Translations under genes and position numbers: made by a program
Assembly: GCA_937969565.1 (NCBI GenBank)
Contig: CALBVR010000185.1
Location: forward strand, 1 to 39,252
Source of the DNA: an uncultured Acidimicrobiales bacterium
GTDB taxonomy: Bacteria; Actinomycetota; Acidimicrobiia; Acidimicrobiales; SHLQ01
Length of the DNA: 39,252 nt
Reading direction: 5' to 3'
The notes under the pieces: generated by a model
Told to the model about the DNA's origin: nothing
Database searches by the model: none
The model's input: the letters and a program-made list of their open reading frames with translations, nothing else
Part shown: piece after piece, positions 28,251-37,704 of the stretch
Position numbering within the stretch: position 1 is the stretch's first letter
Layout of the letters: the number at the start of each line of letters is the position of its first letter

Positions 28251-29627
28251 ATGCTGCGAGGCTTGTTTCTCGCACTCCTGCTGCTGCTGACGGCGTGCAG
28301 CGGTCTCTCGAGCGTTGAAAACGCTGCCGACACCGCCACAGACGCCGTCGAGGACGCGGGAGACGCAGCGATGGAAACGTCCGAGTCGGCCGACTTCGAC
28401 ATGGACGAAGAGGAGGCCATGGAAGAAGAAGCCATGGAGGACTCGGACGATGGCGCAAACCGTCAATCGGTGGCCGACGGACTCGGCGCCGGTGGTGCCA
28501 CCGGCGCTGACCTCACCCCCTCCGACCTCGGACGCGACATCATCTTCACCGCCGAAATCGGTGTCGAGGTGGACGACGTCGCCGCATCAGGCGCGGCGGC
28601 GACCGACATCATCGCCGACCTCGGCGGTTTCGTGTTCGGCCAGAGCACCGTCGGCGGCGCCGAACCCCGCTCCGTGATCACGTTCAAGGTGGCGCCCAAC
28701 CGGTTCAGCGAGGCGCTCGAGGCGTTGGGGACCATCGGGGAACTCCGCAACCAGAGCATCACCACCGACGACGTGACCGAACGGGTGGTCGACCTGACCA
28801 GCCGAATCGAGGTCGCCGAACTCGGCGTCGAACGACTCCGGACGGCCATGGAGAACGCCCCCGACCTCGAACAGTTCGCCGAGCTGGAAGGCCTGCTGCT
28901 GGCCCGCGAGAGCGACCTCGAGGTCATGCGCGGCCAGCTCCGCACGATCCGGGATCGGGTCGACCTTGCCACGATCACGCTCACGCTCAGCCAGGACCGC
29001 ATCGACAACAGCGTCCGCCTGGCCGTGACTGTGTACGGCGGGCATGACGACGGCGTGGGCTGCCCCGGCAACTCCGAGAACGTCAACGTGCCGGAAGGCG
29101 ACGCCGTCACCCTGTGCTTCGAGGTGACGAACACCGGCGATCAGACGCTGCGCGACCTGACGATCACCGACACCGTGCTCGAAATCGGCGGCAACGACGA
29201 CCTGCTCGCTGTGTTCGGTTCGCTCGACGAACTCGCACCCGGACAGAGCGCCATGCTGGCGCTCGAGATCGCTCCGGACCGGGCCAGCCAGCCCCGCCTC
29301 AGGGTCACCGGCATCCCAACCGATGGGGTGAGCGACGAGGCCGTCGGGCCGGCCGTCTCGACGGCAGCGGCGTTCCAGATCCGAGTCTTCGAAGCGGAAA
29401 CCGACCCCGGCTTCCGAGACGGCTTCGACGCCGCTTGGGACCTCCTGAAAGGCATCTGGGTGACCCTCACGGTGCTCGTCGGATTCCTCGTGCCACTCCT
29501 GATCTTCGTGCCGATCGCCTGGATCTTGTGGAAGGCCACGCTCCCGGCCCGCCGCCGGCTCCAAGCGAATCGGGACGAGAAGGCGGAGGAGGGCGCTGCC
29601 CCTCCTCCGCCCCCGTACGCTGAGTGA
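28251..29627 (+). CDS. DUF4349-domain lipoprotein with an inserted Ig-like (DUF11-like) module and C-terminal TM helix
   Basis: Lipobox LLTAC; RDIIFTAEI, TDDVTERVVDL, RVDLATITL; insert VTLCFEVTNTGDQTLRDLTITD; C-terminal hydrophobic helix. Alternative GTG start at 28218. Confidence 0.8.
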   Translation: MLRGLFLALLLLLTACSGLSSVENAADTATDAVEDAGDAAMETSESADFDMDEEEAMEEEAMEDSDDGANRQSVADGLGAGGATGADLTPSDLGRDIIFTAEIGVEVDDVAASGAAATDIIADLGGFVFGQSTVGGAEPRSVITFKVAPNRFSEALEALGTIGELRNQSITTDDVTERVVDLTSRIEVAELGVERLRTAMENAPDLEQFAELEGLLLARESDLEVMRGQLRTIRDRVDLATITLTLSQDRIDNSVRLAVTVYGGHDDGVGCPGNSENVNVPEGDAVTLCFEVTNTGDQTLRDLTITDTVLEIGGNDDLLAVFGSLDELAPGQSAMLALEIAPDRASQPRLRVTGIPTDGVSDEAVGPAVSTAAAFQIRVFEAETDPGFRDGFDAAWDLLKGIWVTLTVLVGFLVPLLIFVPIAWILWKATLPARRRLQANRDEKAEEGAAPPPPPYAE

Positions 29628-30176
29628 GTGGCCGGCCGCATCTCCGTACCCAACACCTTCCAACCCGTCGACGACGCCGTCGACGAGGGCTGGGAGGTGC
29701 TGCGAGGGAACCGGATCGCCGACCGCCTGTTCTACTCGGCGAGTGAGTCCGCCAACTTCTCGATGGTGTGGCACGGCCTCGGCATCGTCCGGGCCGTCGC
29801 CACACGAGACGTACACTCAGCGCTCCGCACGAGCGCAGCGCTCGGGCTCGAGTCCGCCATCATCAACGGGCCCGTGAAGTCGCTGTTCGAGCGAGAGCGG
29901 CCCGAAGTGGAGTCACGACCCAGAAACCTCCGCCAGCCGAAGACCTCCAGCTTTCCGAGCGGTCACGCCTCGGCCGCGGTCGTCGCCTCGTCGTTCCTCA
30001 CCGAAGGCGCACCGGTGTGGTGGCGGCTGCCGGTTCGCGCCTTCGCCGGCGTGGTTGCCACGAGCCGCATTCACGTGCAGATCCACCACGCGACGGACGT
30101 CGCAGCGGGCGCGGCTGCAGGATGGGCCCTGACCAAGCTGCTTCGACCGGTGTTGAACCGGGTGTTGCCGAGTTAG
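29628..30176 (+). CDS. PAP2-family phosphatase
   Basis: KSLFERERP, SFPSGH, SRIHVQIHHATDV: all three PAP2 motifs. Confidence 0.9.
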   Translation: MAGRISVPNTFQPVDDAVDEGWEVLRGNRIADRLFYSASESANFSMVWHGLGIVRAVATRDVHSALRTSAALGLESAIINGPVKSLFERERPEVESRPRNLRQPKTSSFPSGHASAAVVASSFLTEGAPVWWRLPVRAFAGVVATSRIHVQIHHATDVAAGAAAGWALTKLLRPVLNRVLPS

Positions 30177-30364
30177 TTGACGGCGCCCATGGGCTCAGGC
30201 GTCTCGTCTGCAGCGCTTGCGGCGAGCAGGACACGGACGTCGAGCAGCATGTCGGCGACCTCGCTGGAGCTCATCAGCTCGCGCGTGTGCACAAGACCGA
30301 GACCCTGGTCGATCAGCGCAAGGGCCTCTTCCACATTCACGACGTTGACATCAGTGTCGGTCAT
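30173..30364 (-). CDS. Small acidic hypothetical protein (63 aa)
   Basis: ATG 30364 preceded by GGAGTGAGGTG RBS; MTDTDVNVVNVEEALALIDQGLGLVHTRELMSSSEVADMLLDVRVLLAA; fills an otherwise empty gap. Confidence 0.7.
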   Translation of the reverse strand: MTDTDVNVVNVEEALALIDQGLGLVHTRELMSSSEVADMLLDVRVLLAASAADETPEPMGAVN

Positions 30365-30493
30365 TTGGCACCTCACTCCGTTGCTTGCGGTACGCACACC
30401 GTACCCCCGAAACCGTCACGTCGTGTAGCGGGTTCACGTTCTTTTCACATGGCGATCTACCCTGTCCCCACCGAGTCGAGGAGGAACGCGACG

Positions 30494-31267
30494 ATGTTGG
30501 TCAAGGATGCGGTTTGTGTGGTCACCGGCGGAGCCAACGGCATCGGCCGGGCGCTGGCGGAACGATTCGTCGCCGAGGGAGCATCAGCCGTCGTCATCGC
30601 CGACATCGACGCCACGGCGCTCGACGCAACGGCCGCTGACATCGGGGCACACGCCATTGCGACCGACGTCTCGGAGGAGGCCTCGATCCGGAACCTCATC
30701 GAGGCCACCGAGCGGGACCACGGCCCAATCGATCTCTTCGTTGCGAACGCCGGAATCGGCGGACAGAGCGGCGGCGCCGAAGTTCCCGATGAGGACTGGC
30801 AGCAGATCTGGGACATCAACGTGATGCATCACATCTGGGCGGCTCGGCATCTGATCCCCCGATGGACTGAACGAGGCTCGGGATACCTCGTCACGACAGC
30901 GTCCGCGGCCGGGCTGCTCTCCAACCTCGGCACGGCGCCGTACACCGTGACCAAGCACGCCGCCGTGGGGTTCGCCGAATGGCTCTCGATCACCCACCAC
31001 GACGCCGGCATTCGTATCTCGACGTTGTGTCCGCAGGCCGTTCGTACGGCGATGACCGCCAGCGACGATCCTGCGGTCGCGAACGTCGTCGCCCACGGAA
31101 TGATCGAACCGAGCGCCGTGGCCGACACGGTCATCGATGCGCTCGCGGAAGAACGGTTCCTGATCCTCCCCCACCCCGAAGTCGCCGACTACGTCGCCCA
31201 CAAGAGCACGAACATCGAGTCGTGGCTCGGGTCGATGCGAAAGCTGCAGCGACGCTTCTTCGGCTGA
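30494..31267 (+). CDS. Short-chain dehydrogenase/reductase
   Basis: TGGANGIG, ANAG, TASAAG, YTVTK (YxxxK); RBS GAGGAGG. Confidence 0.93.
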   Translation: MLVKDAVCVVTGGANGIGRALAERFVAEGASAVVIADIDATALDATAADIGAHAIATDVSEEASIRNLIEATERDHGPIDLFVANAGIGGQSGGAEVPDEDWQQIWDINVMHHIWAARHLIPRWTERGSGYLVTTASAAGLLSNLGTAPYTVTKHAAVGFAEWLSITHHDAGIRISTLCPQAVRTAMTASDDPAVANVVAHGMIEPSAVADTVIDALAEERFLILPHPEVADYVAHKSTNIESWLGSMRKLQRRFFG

Positions 31268-31268
31268 C

Positions 31269-33929
31269 TCAGGCGGCCTGAGCCGGGGCCTGCAGTTCGG
31301 CGCAGTACGCCTCGAGTGCGGCGACGGTGGCGGGATGGATCTCGGCGACCTGCTCCACCTCGGCCGCGACCGAATCGAGATCGTTGTCGCGGGCTGCGGC
31401 CTCGATGCGTCGACTCAGTTCGGACATCTGCAACGCGCCCATCTGCGCGGCCGATGACTTGAGCGTGTGCGCCTCGACCTTCACCGTTTCGACGTCCTGG
31501 CTGGCCCAACCAGCGGCCAGCGATGCCAAGCGGTCGATGGCGTCGTCGAGGAACGTCGTGATGAGATCCACGAGCAGTTCGGTGTCGCCTCCGATCGCCT
31601 CGAAGAATTCCTCCAGAGGCGCGGGCGAGAAGATCGGTTCTTCCGTGGTCATGAGTGTCTCCACTTCTCTGAGAACAGGTTGGGTTGGGGTTTCAGCAGC
31701 CAACTGCAGCGCCTCGGCGAGGCGCCGCGGCTGGACCGGCTTCGACACGTAGTCATCCATGCCGGCGTCGAGGAACCGTTCGCGGTCCCCCTGCAATGCG
31801 TTGGCGGTCATTGCGATGATTCGAGGCTGGTCGGCCGGATCGAAATCGGCGCGGATCCGTCCGGTCGCTTCGACACCGTCCATCTCCGGCATCTGGATGT
31901 CCATCAGCACGACGTCGTAGCTGCGCTGGCGCAACATCGACAGGACTTCGAGCCCGTTGCCGGCGACATCAGCGTGGTAGCCGAGCCGCTTCAAAAGCCC
32001 GAGGGCCACCTTCTGGTTGACCTGGTTGTCCTCCGCCAAGAGAATCCGCAGCGATCCCGGCGGTGGGGTCGACGTCTCCTCGTCAACCGGCCGGTTCAAG
32101 TCCCGCTTGGCGGCAATCTCCATCATCGTGTCGAACAGCACGGAAGGTGCGCACGGCGTGGACATGTGGGCGCGAACCGACACGTCGCAGATCGGGCGAG
32201 CGGTGCGACCCATCGGGGCGAGGAGCACGAGGTCAAAATCGGGAGTGGCAAGCGGAGCGATCGGCTGGCCTGACGCCGCGGCCGCTGTCGCTTCGGCGAG
32301 CACCACGTCGTATCGACCGGACTGCGCCTCGGCGACCAGTGCGTCGAGGTCGTCGACCACGTCGACCTGTGGCCCCCACGTGTCGAGCTGGGCAACGAGC
32401 GGCTCTCGTACCGCAGTTCGCGGTTCGTACACGAGCGCCCGCAACCTGGAAAGGGTTGCATGCGACTGGTCGAAGAACTGGTCCGGCGTGGCTTCCTCCG
32501 AGTGGAGCGCCGCGACCGAGAAGCTGAAGGTCGACCCCGTGCCCACTTCGCTCTCGGCCCACGCGGATCCGCCAAGCATCTCGGCGAGACGACGGCTGAT
32601 GGCCAGACCAAGACCGGTTCCGCCGAACTTCCGTGCATGCGAACCGTCGACCTGGGTGAATGGTTGGAAGAGTGTGCTGAGCTTCTCGGCTGGCACACCC
32701 ATGCCAGTGTCCGTGACGGAGAATCGGAGGCCGACGGTCTCGTCCGTGTCGTGGATCGGCTCGTGATCCACACGCACGACGATTCCGCCGGTCTCCGTGA
32801 ACTTCACAGCGTTGGACAGAAAGTTGTTCAGAATCTGTCGGATGCGGGAGCCATCGGTCTGAACCCGATGTGGGAGATCCGGGTCCACGTCAATCGACAG
32901 CGTGAGGCCCTTGGCCATTGCCGCCGGCGCCACGATGTCGATCGTTTCCTCGACATGCTGACGGATGTTGACGTCATACAGTTCGACATCGAGCTTGCGG
33001 GCTTCGATCTTCGAGAAGTCGAGAATGTCATTGATGATGTTGAGCAACGAGTCGCCGCTCAGGCGGATCGTGTCGATGTACTCTCGCTGCTCGATGGTGA
33101 GATCCGTCTCCTGGAGGAGACTCGTCATCCCGATCACGCCATTCATCGGCGTTCTGAGCTCGTGACTCATGTTGGCGACAAATTCGCTCTTGGCCGCGTT
33201 CGCCTCGTTGGCCTTCGCATTGGCGACGAGCAGATCCATCTCCCGCTGACCCAACGCCTCCAGGGTGTCGTCCACACGCTGGATCGCCGGGCCGAACACG
33301 AAGCGGCGAATGAACAGGAGCGCCAGGATCAGGACGATGACGCTCCACGTCGTCACCCCGCGTAGTGACGCAGACTCGCTCATCACCAGCCGTTGGTGCT
33401 GCACCAGAATGTTGTCGAGCTCGGTCGAGTACTCGTTGAGCAGCATGCCCGTTCGCTCGGCGAGCGCGATACGCCCGGACAGCCCCGAAAGATCGATTGG
33501 GGCGGAGGACTGCGCAACGAGCTCATCCAGCATCGGCGAGATCGTGTCGTGCAGCGAGACGATCGCCTCCCGCTCGAACTCCGTGAGCACGTCATAGTTG
33601 CGGAGGAACTCGTGCTGTGTTCTCCACTCCCCCGACCGATTCCGGAGATCGTTCACCACGAACGGATCCACGCTTGCGCTGAAGTCGTCGGACACCTGCT
33701 CCGTCAGACCGATCAGCCGCTGGGTTCGCTGTGTCTGCGTCACTGCGGTCTGCACCGTCTCGGAGCGGGTTTCCTGGGCGCTCAAGGTCTGGCTGAACGA
33801 GATCACACCGCCGAGGACCACGACGGCGATCAGCGTGAGTGCCAGCGTCATACGCCGGTCGAGGCGCGACAGAAGCGATGTCGTCTCCTCGCTCACCGTC
33901 GGCTGCGAGCCGGTGTCCGCCGCGCTCAT
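31269..33929 (-). CDS. Hybrid sensor histidine kinase (2 TM, HisKA, HATPase, pseudo-REC, REC, Hpt)
   Basis: [50 protein letters not shown]...SKP, Hpt AHTLKSSA. Start placed at MSAADTG 33929; the longer track ORF is antisense to the patatin gene. Confidence 0.92.
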   Translation of the reverse strand: MSAADTGSQPTVSEETTSLLSRLDRRMTLALTLIAVVVLGGVISFSQTLSAQETRSETVQTAVTQTQRTQRLIGLTEQVSDDFSASVDPFVVNDLRNRSGEWRTQHEFLRNYDVLTEFEREAIVSLHDTISPMLDELVAQSSAPIDLSGLSGRIALAERTGMLLNEYSTELDNILVQHQRLVMSESASLRGVTTWSVIVLILALLFIRRFVFGPAIQRVDDTLEALGQREMDLLVANAKANEANAAKSEFVANMSHELRTPMNGVIGMTSLLQETDLTIEQREYIDTIRLSGDSLLNIINDILDFSKIEARKLDVELYDVNIRQHVEETIDIVAPAAMAKGLTLSIDVDPDLPHRVQTDGSRIRQILNNFLSNAVKFTETGGIVVRVDHEPIHDTDETVGLRFSVTDTGMGVPAEKLSTLFQPFTQVDGSHARKFGGTGLGLAISRRLAEMLGGSAWAESEVGTGSTFSFSVAALHSEEATPDQFFDQSHATLSRLRALVYEPRTAVREPLVAQLDTWGPQVDVVDDLDALVAEAQSGRYDVVLAEATAAAASGQPIAPLATPDFDLVLLAPMGRTARPICDVSVRAHMSTPCAPSVLFDTMMEIAAKRDLNRPVDEETSTPPPGSLRILLAEDNQVNQKVALGLLKRLGYHADVAGNGLEVLSMLRQRSYDVVLMDIQMPEMDGVEATGRIRADFDPADQPRIIAMTANALQGDRERFLDAGMDDYVSKPVQPRRLAEALQLAAETPTQPVLREVETLMTTEEPIFSPAPLEEFFEAIGGDTELLVDLITTFLDDAIDRLASLAAGWASQDVETVKVEAHTLKSSAAQMGALQMSELSRRIEAAARDNDLDSVAAEVEQVAEIHPATVAALEAYCAELQAPAQAA

Positions 33930-34031
33930 CTCGAAGTTGTCGGATCTTGCGTAGGACCGCTTGAGGTACCGATTGCGCATCCCAATTCGGACCGGTACCT
34001 TCGCCGCTGCGTGGTGAACGAGGGGGAAACG

Positions 34032-36218
34032 ATGGAAGACGACGGGTCCGACAGCCTGCTGCAGTCGCTCAGAGCTCAGCCCGAAACACGCACCTTGGCC
34101 GACGGTGAGGTGCTCGTCGAGCAGAACACCAGCGGATCCGACGTGTTCGTCGTCGTCCACGGCCTGCTGGTGGCGACCATCGATTCTGGCGACGACATCG
34201 GCCCCACCCGGGTGGCGACGTTCGAACAGGGCGACCTTCTGGGCGAACTGACGGCACTCACCGGTGGCCTCCGAAGCGCAACGATCCGGGCCAACGGTGG
34301 CGCAGTTGTTGCCGTCATCCCCCGCACCGACTTCGTGGCATGGCTGGCGACGGAACCCGAACGAAGTGAACGAATCGCGGCTTCGGCACGGGATCGCATC
34401 GACCGCAATCGGGCATCGGCGCTCCTGGCCCGGGTTCTGGGAACGGACGATCCCAGCGTGCTCGAACAAGCCATTCACGAGGTCGAGTGGACGACGATCG
34501 AAGCCGGCGAGGAGCTGTGCCGGCAGGGGGAACCTGCGGACGCTGCCCACCTCATTCTCAGCGGACGGGTCGCAGTGACCGCGGAGGAACCGACGGGTCC
34601 CCGGTTGGTCGCCGAGCTCGGCCGAAACCAGATCGTCGGCGAACTCGGTGTGCTCGACCGGCTGCCCCGCACCGCAACCGTGACGGCTCTTCGCAGAACC
34701 CGCCTCGGCAGCCTTCGCGCCGAAGCGATCGACCAGCTCAACTCCGCTCGCCCCGAGATCGGTCTGCATCTCTTCCGTCAGGCGCTCGCCCGTGCGGTCA
34801 ACAAGCACGACCGAAGCGACGTTGCTCACACCGTCTGCATCATCCCCAGTGCAACCAATCACAACGCGCTGGTGGACACCTGCACCGACGAGCTCGCCCG
34901 CCACGGCACCGTCACCGTCGTGTCCGCAGCAACCATCGCCGAGCGGTTCGGGGATGACACCGTCCGGGCGCCGGTCGGATCGGTCCGGGCGAGCCGTCTC
35001 CTCGGGCACGTGCACGACCTTGAGAACGCCTACGACTATGTGCTCCTGGTGGGAGACGCAACGGCGACCCCGTGGACCATCCACGCGGCCGAGACCGCCG
35101 ACCGCGTGCTTGCGCTCGTGCCGGCACAACCTGACGCCGAAGACGACGCCCGGCTCAAGGATCTCCGGGGTGCGTTCGAGTCGATCGGACTTCGTCCCTG
35201 GCTCGGGGTCCTGCACGCCGACCACACCGACCACCCCACCGGCGCACCCGGTTCCATCGGTGCCATCGATCGGCTGCTCCATGTTCGTCAGAGCAACACG
35301 TCGGATCATCGGCGACTCATCCGCCTCCTCAGCGGCAACGGCGTTGCCCTGGTGCTGGGAGGCGGCGGTGCCCGCGGCTTTGGCCACATCGGCGCATACC
35401 GAGCCCTGCTCGAACGCAACGTCGAACCCGACATCGTCTACGGCTCCTCGATCGGAGCGGTCATCGCCGCAACGATCGCCCTCGATTTCGGGGTGGACGA
35501 GATCATCTCGGCGTGCGAAGACGCATTCGCCGGACTCCTCGACTGGACACTGCCGCTGGTTGCGTTCCTGAAGGGCCGGCGGATCACCGAGTCGATCCGC
35601 GGCGCCTTCGGTCAGCACACGTGCGAGCACCTCTGGCGCCCCTTCGTGTGCACCAGCACCAATCTGACCCAGTCCCGGCTCGATGTCGTCGACAGCGGCC
35701 CCCTCGACATCGCCGTTCGCACCAGCGTGTCGATCCCCGGAATCCTCCCGCCGATGTCGAAGGACGGCGACGTGCTGGTGGATGGCGGCGTCCTCAACAA
35801 CCTTCCCGCCGACCTCGCCCACGCCGATCCGGTGATCCGCACCATCTGGGCGATCGACGTGTCACCGCCGTTCGGCCCGCGGGCCAAGGGCCCCATCGAG
35901 CCGGCCGTGTCCGGATTCCGACTGTTGGCCCGTCGTCTGGCGCGCAAACGCGACGCCTACCCGGCGGCCGCCGGCGTGGTCATGCAGACGATGGTTGCCG
36001 CCGCAAGCCGGGACCGTTGGGAAATGGCCGTCGACGGCACCATCGACTACTACCTGCCATTGGAGATCAGGGACAGCGGACTGTTGGACTTCGAGAACAT
36101 CCGGCCCACGGTCGAAGCGGGCTACCGCTCAGCCGTGGACCGGATTCCCGAATTGTTGGCTCAGAGCACCGGCACACCGGCCATGGCCGCCGAGATCGCG
36201 TCGTCGGACAGGTCGTAG
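34032..36218 (+). CDS. Two cNMP-binding domains fused to a patatin-like phospholipase (NTE-like)
   Basis: Phosphate-binding cassettes [14 protein letters not shown] and [14 protein letters not shown]; patatin GGGGARG, GSSIG, DGG; RBS AGGGGG. Confidence 0.9.
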   Translation: MEDDGSDSLLQSLRAQPETRTLADGEVLVEQNTSGSDVFVVVHGLLVATIDSGDDIGPTRVATFEQGDLLGELTALTGGLRSATIRANGGAVVAVIPRTDFVAWLATEPERSERIAASARDRIDRNRASALLARVLGTDDPSVLEQAIHEVEWTTIEAGEELCRQGEPADAAHLILSGRVAVTAEEPTGPRLVAELGRNQIVGELGVLDRLPRTATVTALRRTRLGSLRAEAIDQLNSARPEIGLHLFRQALARAVNKHDRSDVAHTVCIIPSATNHNALVDTCTDELARHGTVTVVSAATIAERFGDDTVRAPVGSVRASRLLGHVHDLENAYDYVLLVGDATATPWTIHAAETADRVLALVPAQPDAEDDARLKDLRGAFESIGLRPWLGVLHADHTDHPTGAPGSIGAIDRLLHVRQSNTSDHRRLIRLLSGNGVALVLGGGGARGFGHIGAYRALLERNVEPDIVYGSSIGAVIAATIALDFGVDEIISACEDAFAGLLDWTLPLVAFLKGRRITESIRGAFGQHTCEHLWRPFVCTSTNLTQSRLDVVDSGPLDIAVRTSVSIPGILPPMSKDGDVLVDGGVLNNLPADLAHADPVIRTIWAIDVSPPFGPRAKGPIEPAVSGFRLLARRLARKRDAYPAAAGVVMQTMVAAASRDRWEMAVDGTIDYYLPLEIRDSGLLDFENIRPTVEAGYRSAVDRIPELLAQSTGTPAMAAEIASSDRS

Positions 36219-37516
36219 TCGACCATCTCACCTGCGAGGAACGACTCGTACGACGCAAGGTCGAGATGGCCGTGGCCGCAGAGTGCCGTGAGGATCACCT
36301 TCTCCTCGCCGGACTCCTTGCACTTGTTCGCCTCGCGGATCGCCGCAGCGATGGCATGTGTTGGCTCGGGAGCCGGCACGATGCCCTCCGTGCGTGCGAA
36401 CTGCAGCGCGCCCGTGAAGCACTCCACCTGTGGAATCGACTCGGCCTCGACAAGACCCTGCTCGTAGATGTGGCTGACGAGCGGGCTCATGCCGTGGTAG
36501 CGGAGGCCACCGGCGTGGATGGGGTCCGGCACGAAGCTGTGCCCGAGCGTGTGCATCTTCATCAGCGGCGTCATGCCGGCCGAATCGCCGAAGTCGTAGC
36601 GATACTCACCCTTGGTGAGACTCGGGCACGCGGCCGGCTCGACGCAACGGATCGTCGGATTCATGTTGCCCTTGAGCTTCTCCCGCAGGAACGGAAACGA
36701 CAGACCGCCGAAGTTCGAGCCACCGCCGGTGCAGCCCACGAGCACGTCGGGGGTCTCCCCGGCCATCTGCATCTGGAGCAGCGCCTCCTCGCCGATGATG
36801 GTCTGGTGCATGAGCACGTGGTTCAGCACGCTGCCGAGCGCGTAGCGGACGTCGTCATGGGGAGCCGCCTCGCCGACTGCTTCGGAGATGGCAATGCCGA
36901 GACTGCCGGTGTGGTCCGGATCCTCGGCGAGGAGTGAGCGGCCGTACTCGGTGACGTCGGACGGGCTCGGATGCACCGTGGCGCCCCACACTTCCATCAT
37001 CGTCTTGCGGTATGGCTTCAGCTTGTAGCTCGCGGCGACCTGCCAAACCTCGCACTCGAGACCGAATTGGGCGCAGGCAAAGGCCAGCGAGGAACCCCAC
37101 TGGCCGGCACCGGTCTCGGTCGTCAGTTTCCGGACCCCCGCCTTGGCGTTGTAGTACGCCTGCGGAACCGACGTGTTCGGCTTGTGCGAGCCAGCCGGGC
37201 TCACACCCTCGTACTTGTAGAAGATCTTCGCGGGCGTATCGAGCAGCTTCTCCAGACGGTGCGCCCGGAACAGCGGGGTCGGCCGCCAGATGCGATAGAT
37301 GTCCAACACCTCGCCCGGAATGTCCACATAGGAGTCCTGCGTGACCTCCTGCATGATCAGGTCCATCGGGAACAGCGGAGCGAAGTCGTCCGGTCCGGCG
37401 GGCTCGAGCGTGCCCGGATGAAGCGCAGGCGGGGGCGGCTCCGGAAGATCCGGAACGATGTTGTACCACTGCGTCGGCATGTCCGATTCGTCGAGCAGAT
37501 ACTTGTGCTTTTCCAT
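36161..37516 (-). CDS. trpB2: Stand-alone TrpB-like PLP enzyme (TrpB2)
   Basis: WRPTPLFRA, PLP Lys in GSHKPN, TTETGAGQWG, GGGSNFGG, HAGGLRYHG, LCGHGH. Confidence 0.93.
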   Translation of the reverse strand: MEKHKYLLDESDMPTQWYNIVPDLPEPPPPALHPGTLEPAGPDDFAPLFPMDLIMQEVTQDSYVDIPGEVLDIYRIWRPTPLFRAHRLEKLLDTPAKIFYKYEGVSPAGSHKPNTSVPQAYYNAKAGVRKLTTETGAGQWGSSLAFACAQFGLECEVWQVAASYKLKPYRKTMMEVWGATVHPSPSDVTEYGRSLLAEDPDHTGSLGIAISEAVGEAAPHDDVRYALGSVLNHVLMHQTIIGEEALLQMQMAGETPDVLVGCTGGGSNFGGLSFPFLREKLKGNMNPTIRCVEPAACPSLTKGEYRYDFGDSAGMTPLMKMHTLGHSFVPDPIHAGGLRYHGMSPLVSHIYEQGLVEAESIPQVECFTGALQFARTEGIVPAPEPTHAIAAAIREANKCKESGEEKVILTALCGHGHLDLASYESFLAGEMVDYDLSDDAISAAMAGVPVL

Positions 37517-37560
37517 TGAGCCCCCTGGGTTGCGTTGTCGTTCTCAGTGTCGCTCGCAAA

Positions 37561-37591
37561 TGGACTGGAGGTCCAGTGGACCGGCCGTCCA
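37561..37591. promoter_or_regulatory. Tandem operator-like palindromes TGGAC-N5-GTCCA x2
   Basis: TGGACtggagGTCCA at 37561-37575 and TGGACcggccGTCCA at 37577-37591, 16-bp period, upstream of trpB2. Confidence 0.6.
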
Positions 37592-37704
37592 ATCCCGGTG
37601 CCGAACATCACCGTTCTGTAACTCAAGCGGGGTACTCGGCACTCCGTAGTCATGATCGGGTGCGATGCGGAACCGACCCTCCAAAGAAGCAGGCGGAAAC
37701 GAAA

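Noticed and set aside
33930-35822. N-terminal ~630 aa of the 1517-aa minus-strand ORF
   Set aside because: Antisense shadow of the cNMP-patatin gene; kinase-like sequence starts only near 33929.
37517-37704. Riboswitch or Trp attenuator upstream of trpB2
   Set aside because: No Trp-rich leader peptide, T-box or recognisable aptamer seen; a covariance-model search would be needed to exclude it fully.
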